A stretch of 63,705 bases of DNA, counting the filler, from Octopus bimaculoides (Eukaryota): NCBI RefSeq assembly GCF_001194135.2. It is 4 parts of 4 records of this genome, joined end to end, with 100 filler letters (N's around TTAATTAATTAA, not from the genome) between each part and the next. Parts side by side here need not be neighbours in the genome. Positions count along the whole stretch, not along the records: positions 46,193 to 63,705 come from NC_068982.1; 3 more parts are not named here. One strand, 5' to 3'. Each line of letters begins with the position of its first letter. Within the stretch, counting starts at the first letter, position 1. The notes under the pieces were generated by a model. The model was not told the DNA's origin. It did not search any database and worked only from the letters and a program-made list of their open reading frames with translations. Shown in pieces: positions 63,438-63,705 of this stretch. A program made the translations under genes and the position numbers.

Positions 63438-63705
63438 ACTAGCAGAAATACCTGGCGTTGCCCGGGTTAAAGAGAATAATGAAATCTAAAAACGCCGTCT
63501 AGACTACGCAACCCTCAACTGTTAGTAGCTACGATACCATATTTCTACATTAGTAACTCTCCAATGCATGCCAGCATGGAACATAGACATTAAGTGGAAT
63601 GCTAGAAGAAAGTTTTCAACTCATATGTATATAAAGTAAATACACGTAATTCAGAAACACGTTTTGTGTATTTTATTTCGTAACCAAACAAACAGGTACA
63701 GATTA
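63438..63705 (+). mobile_element. Helitron-family non-autonomous element, 5' part (runs off the window)
   Basis: ACTAGCAGAAATACCTGGCGTTGCCCGGG matches the start at 59593. Confidence 0.55.

Overview
Repeat-dense, AT-rich animal genomic DNA with many scaffold gaps. It is most likely a coleoid cephalopod such as Octopus, inferred from the tRNA-derived SINE families and extreme microsatellite load. No host protein-coding gene, bona fide tRNA/rRNA or CRISPR array can be supported; almost all ORF-track entries are translations of microsatellites or N-runs. The interpretable content is mobile-element derived: three abundant SINE families, RTE LINE fragments, a decayed Tx1/L1-type LINE, several Tc1/mariner relics (one ORF intact up to a gap), a Merlin/IS1595-type transposase relic and Helitron-like non-autonomous elements. 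The most notable signals are: (1) at least eight Penelope-type minimal hammerhead ribozyme motifs in about four sequence families, one fused to a tRNA-like Pol III head and one with a shared non-canonical CUGU core; (2) Merlin-type non-autonomous elements with 8-9 bp TSDs that carry inverted TTAGGG telomeric arrays; (3) a ~7 kb block in which SINE CpGs have decayed, suggesting a methylated domain. All alignments, translations and folds were done by eye. Boundaries are approximate unless a TSD or TIR is quoted.
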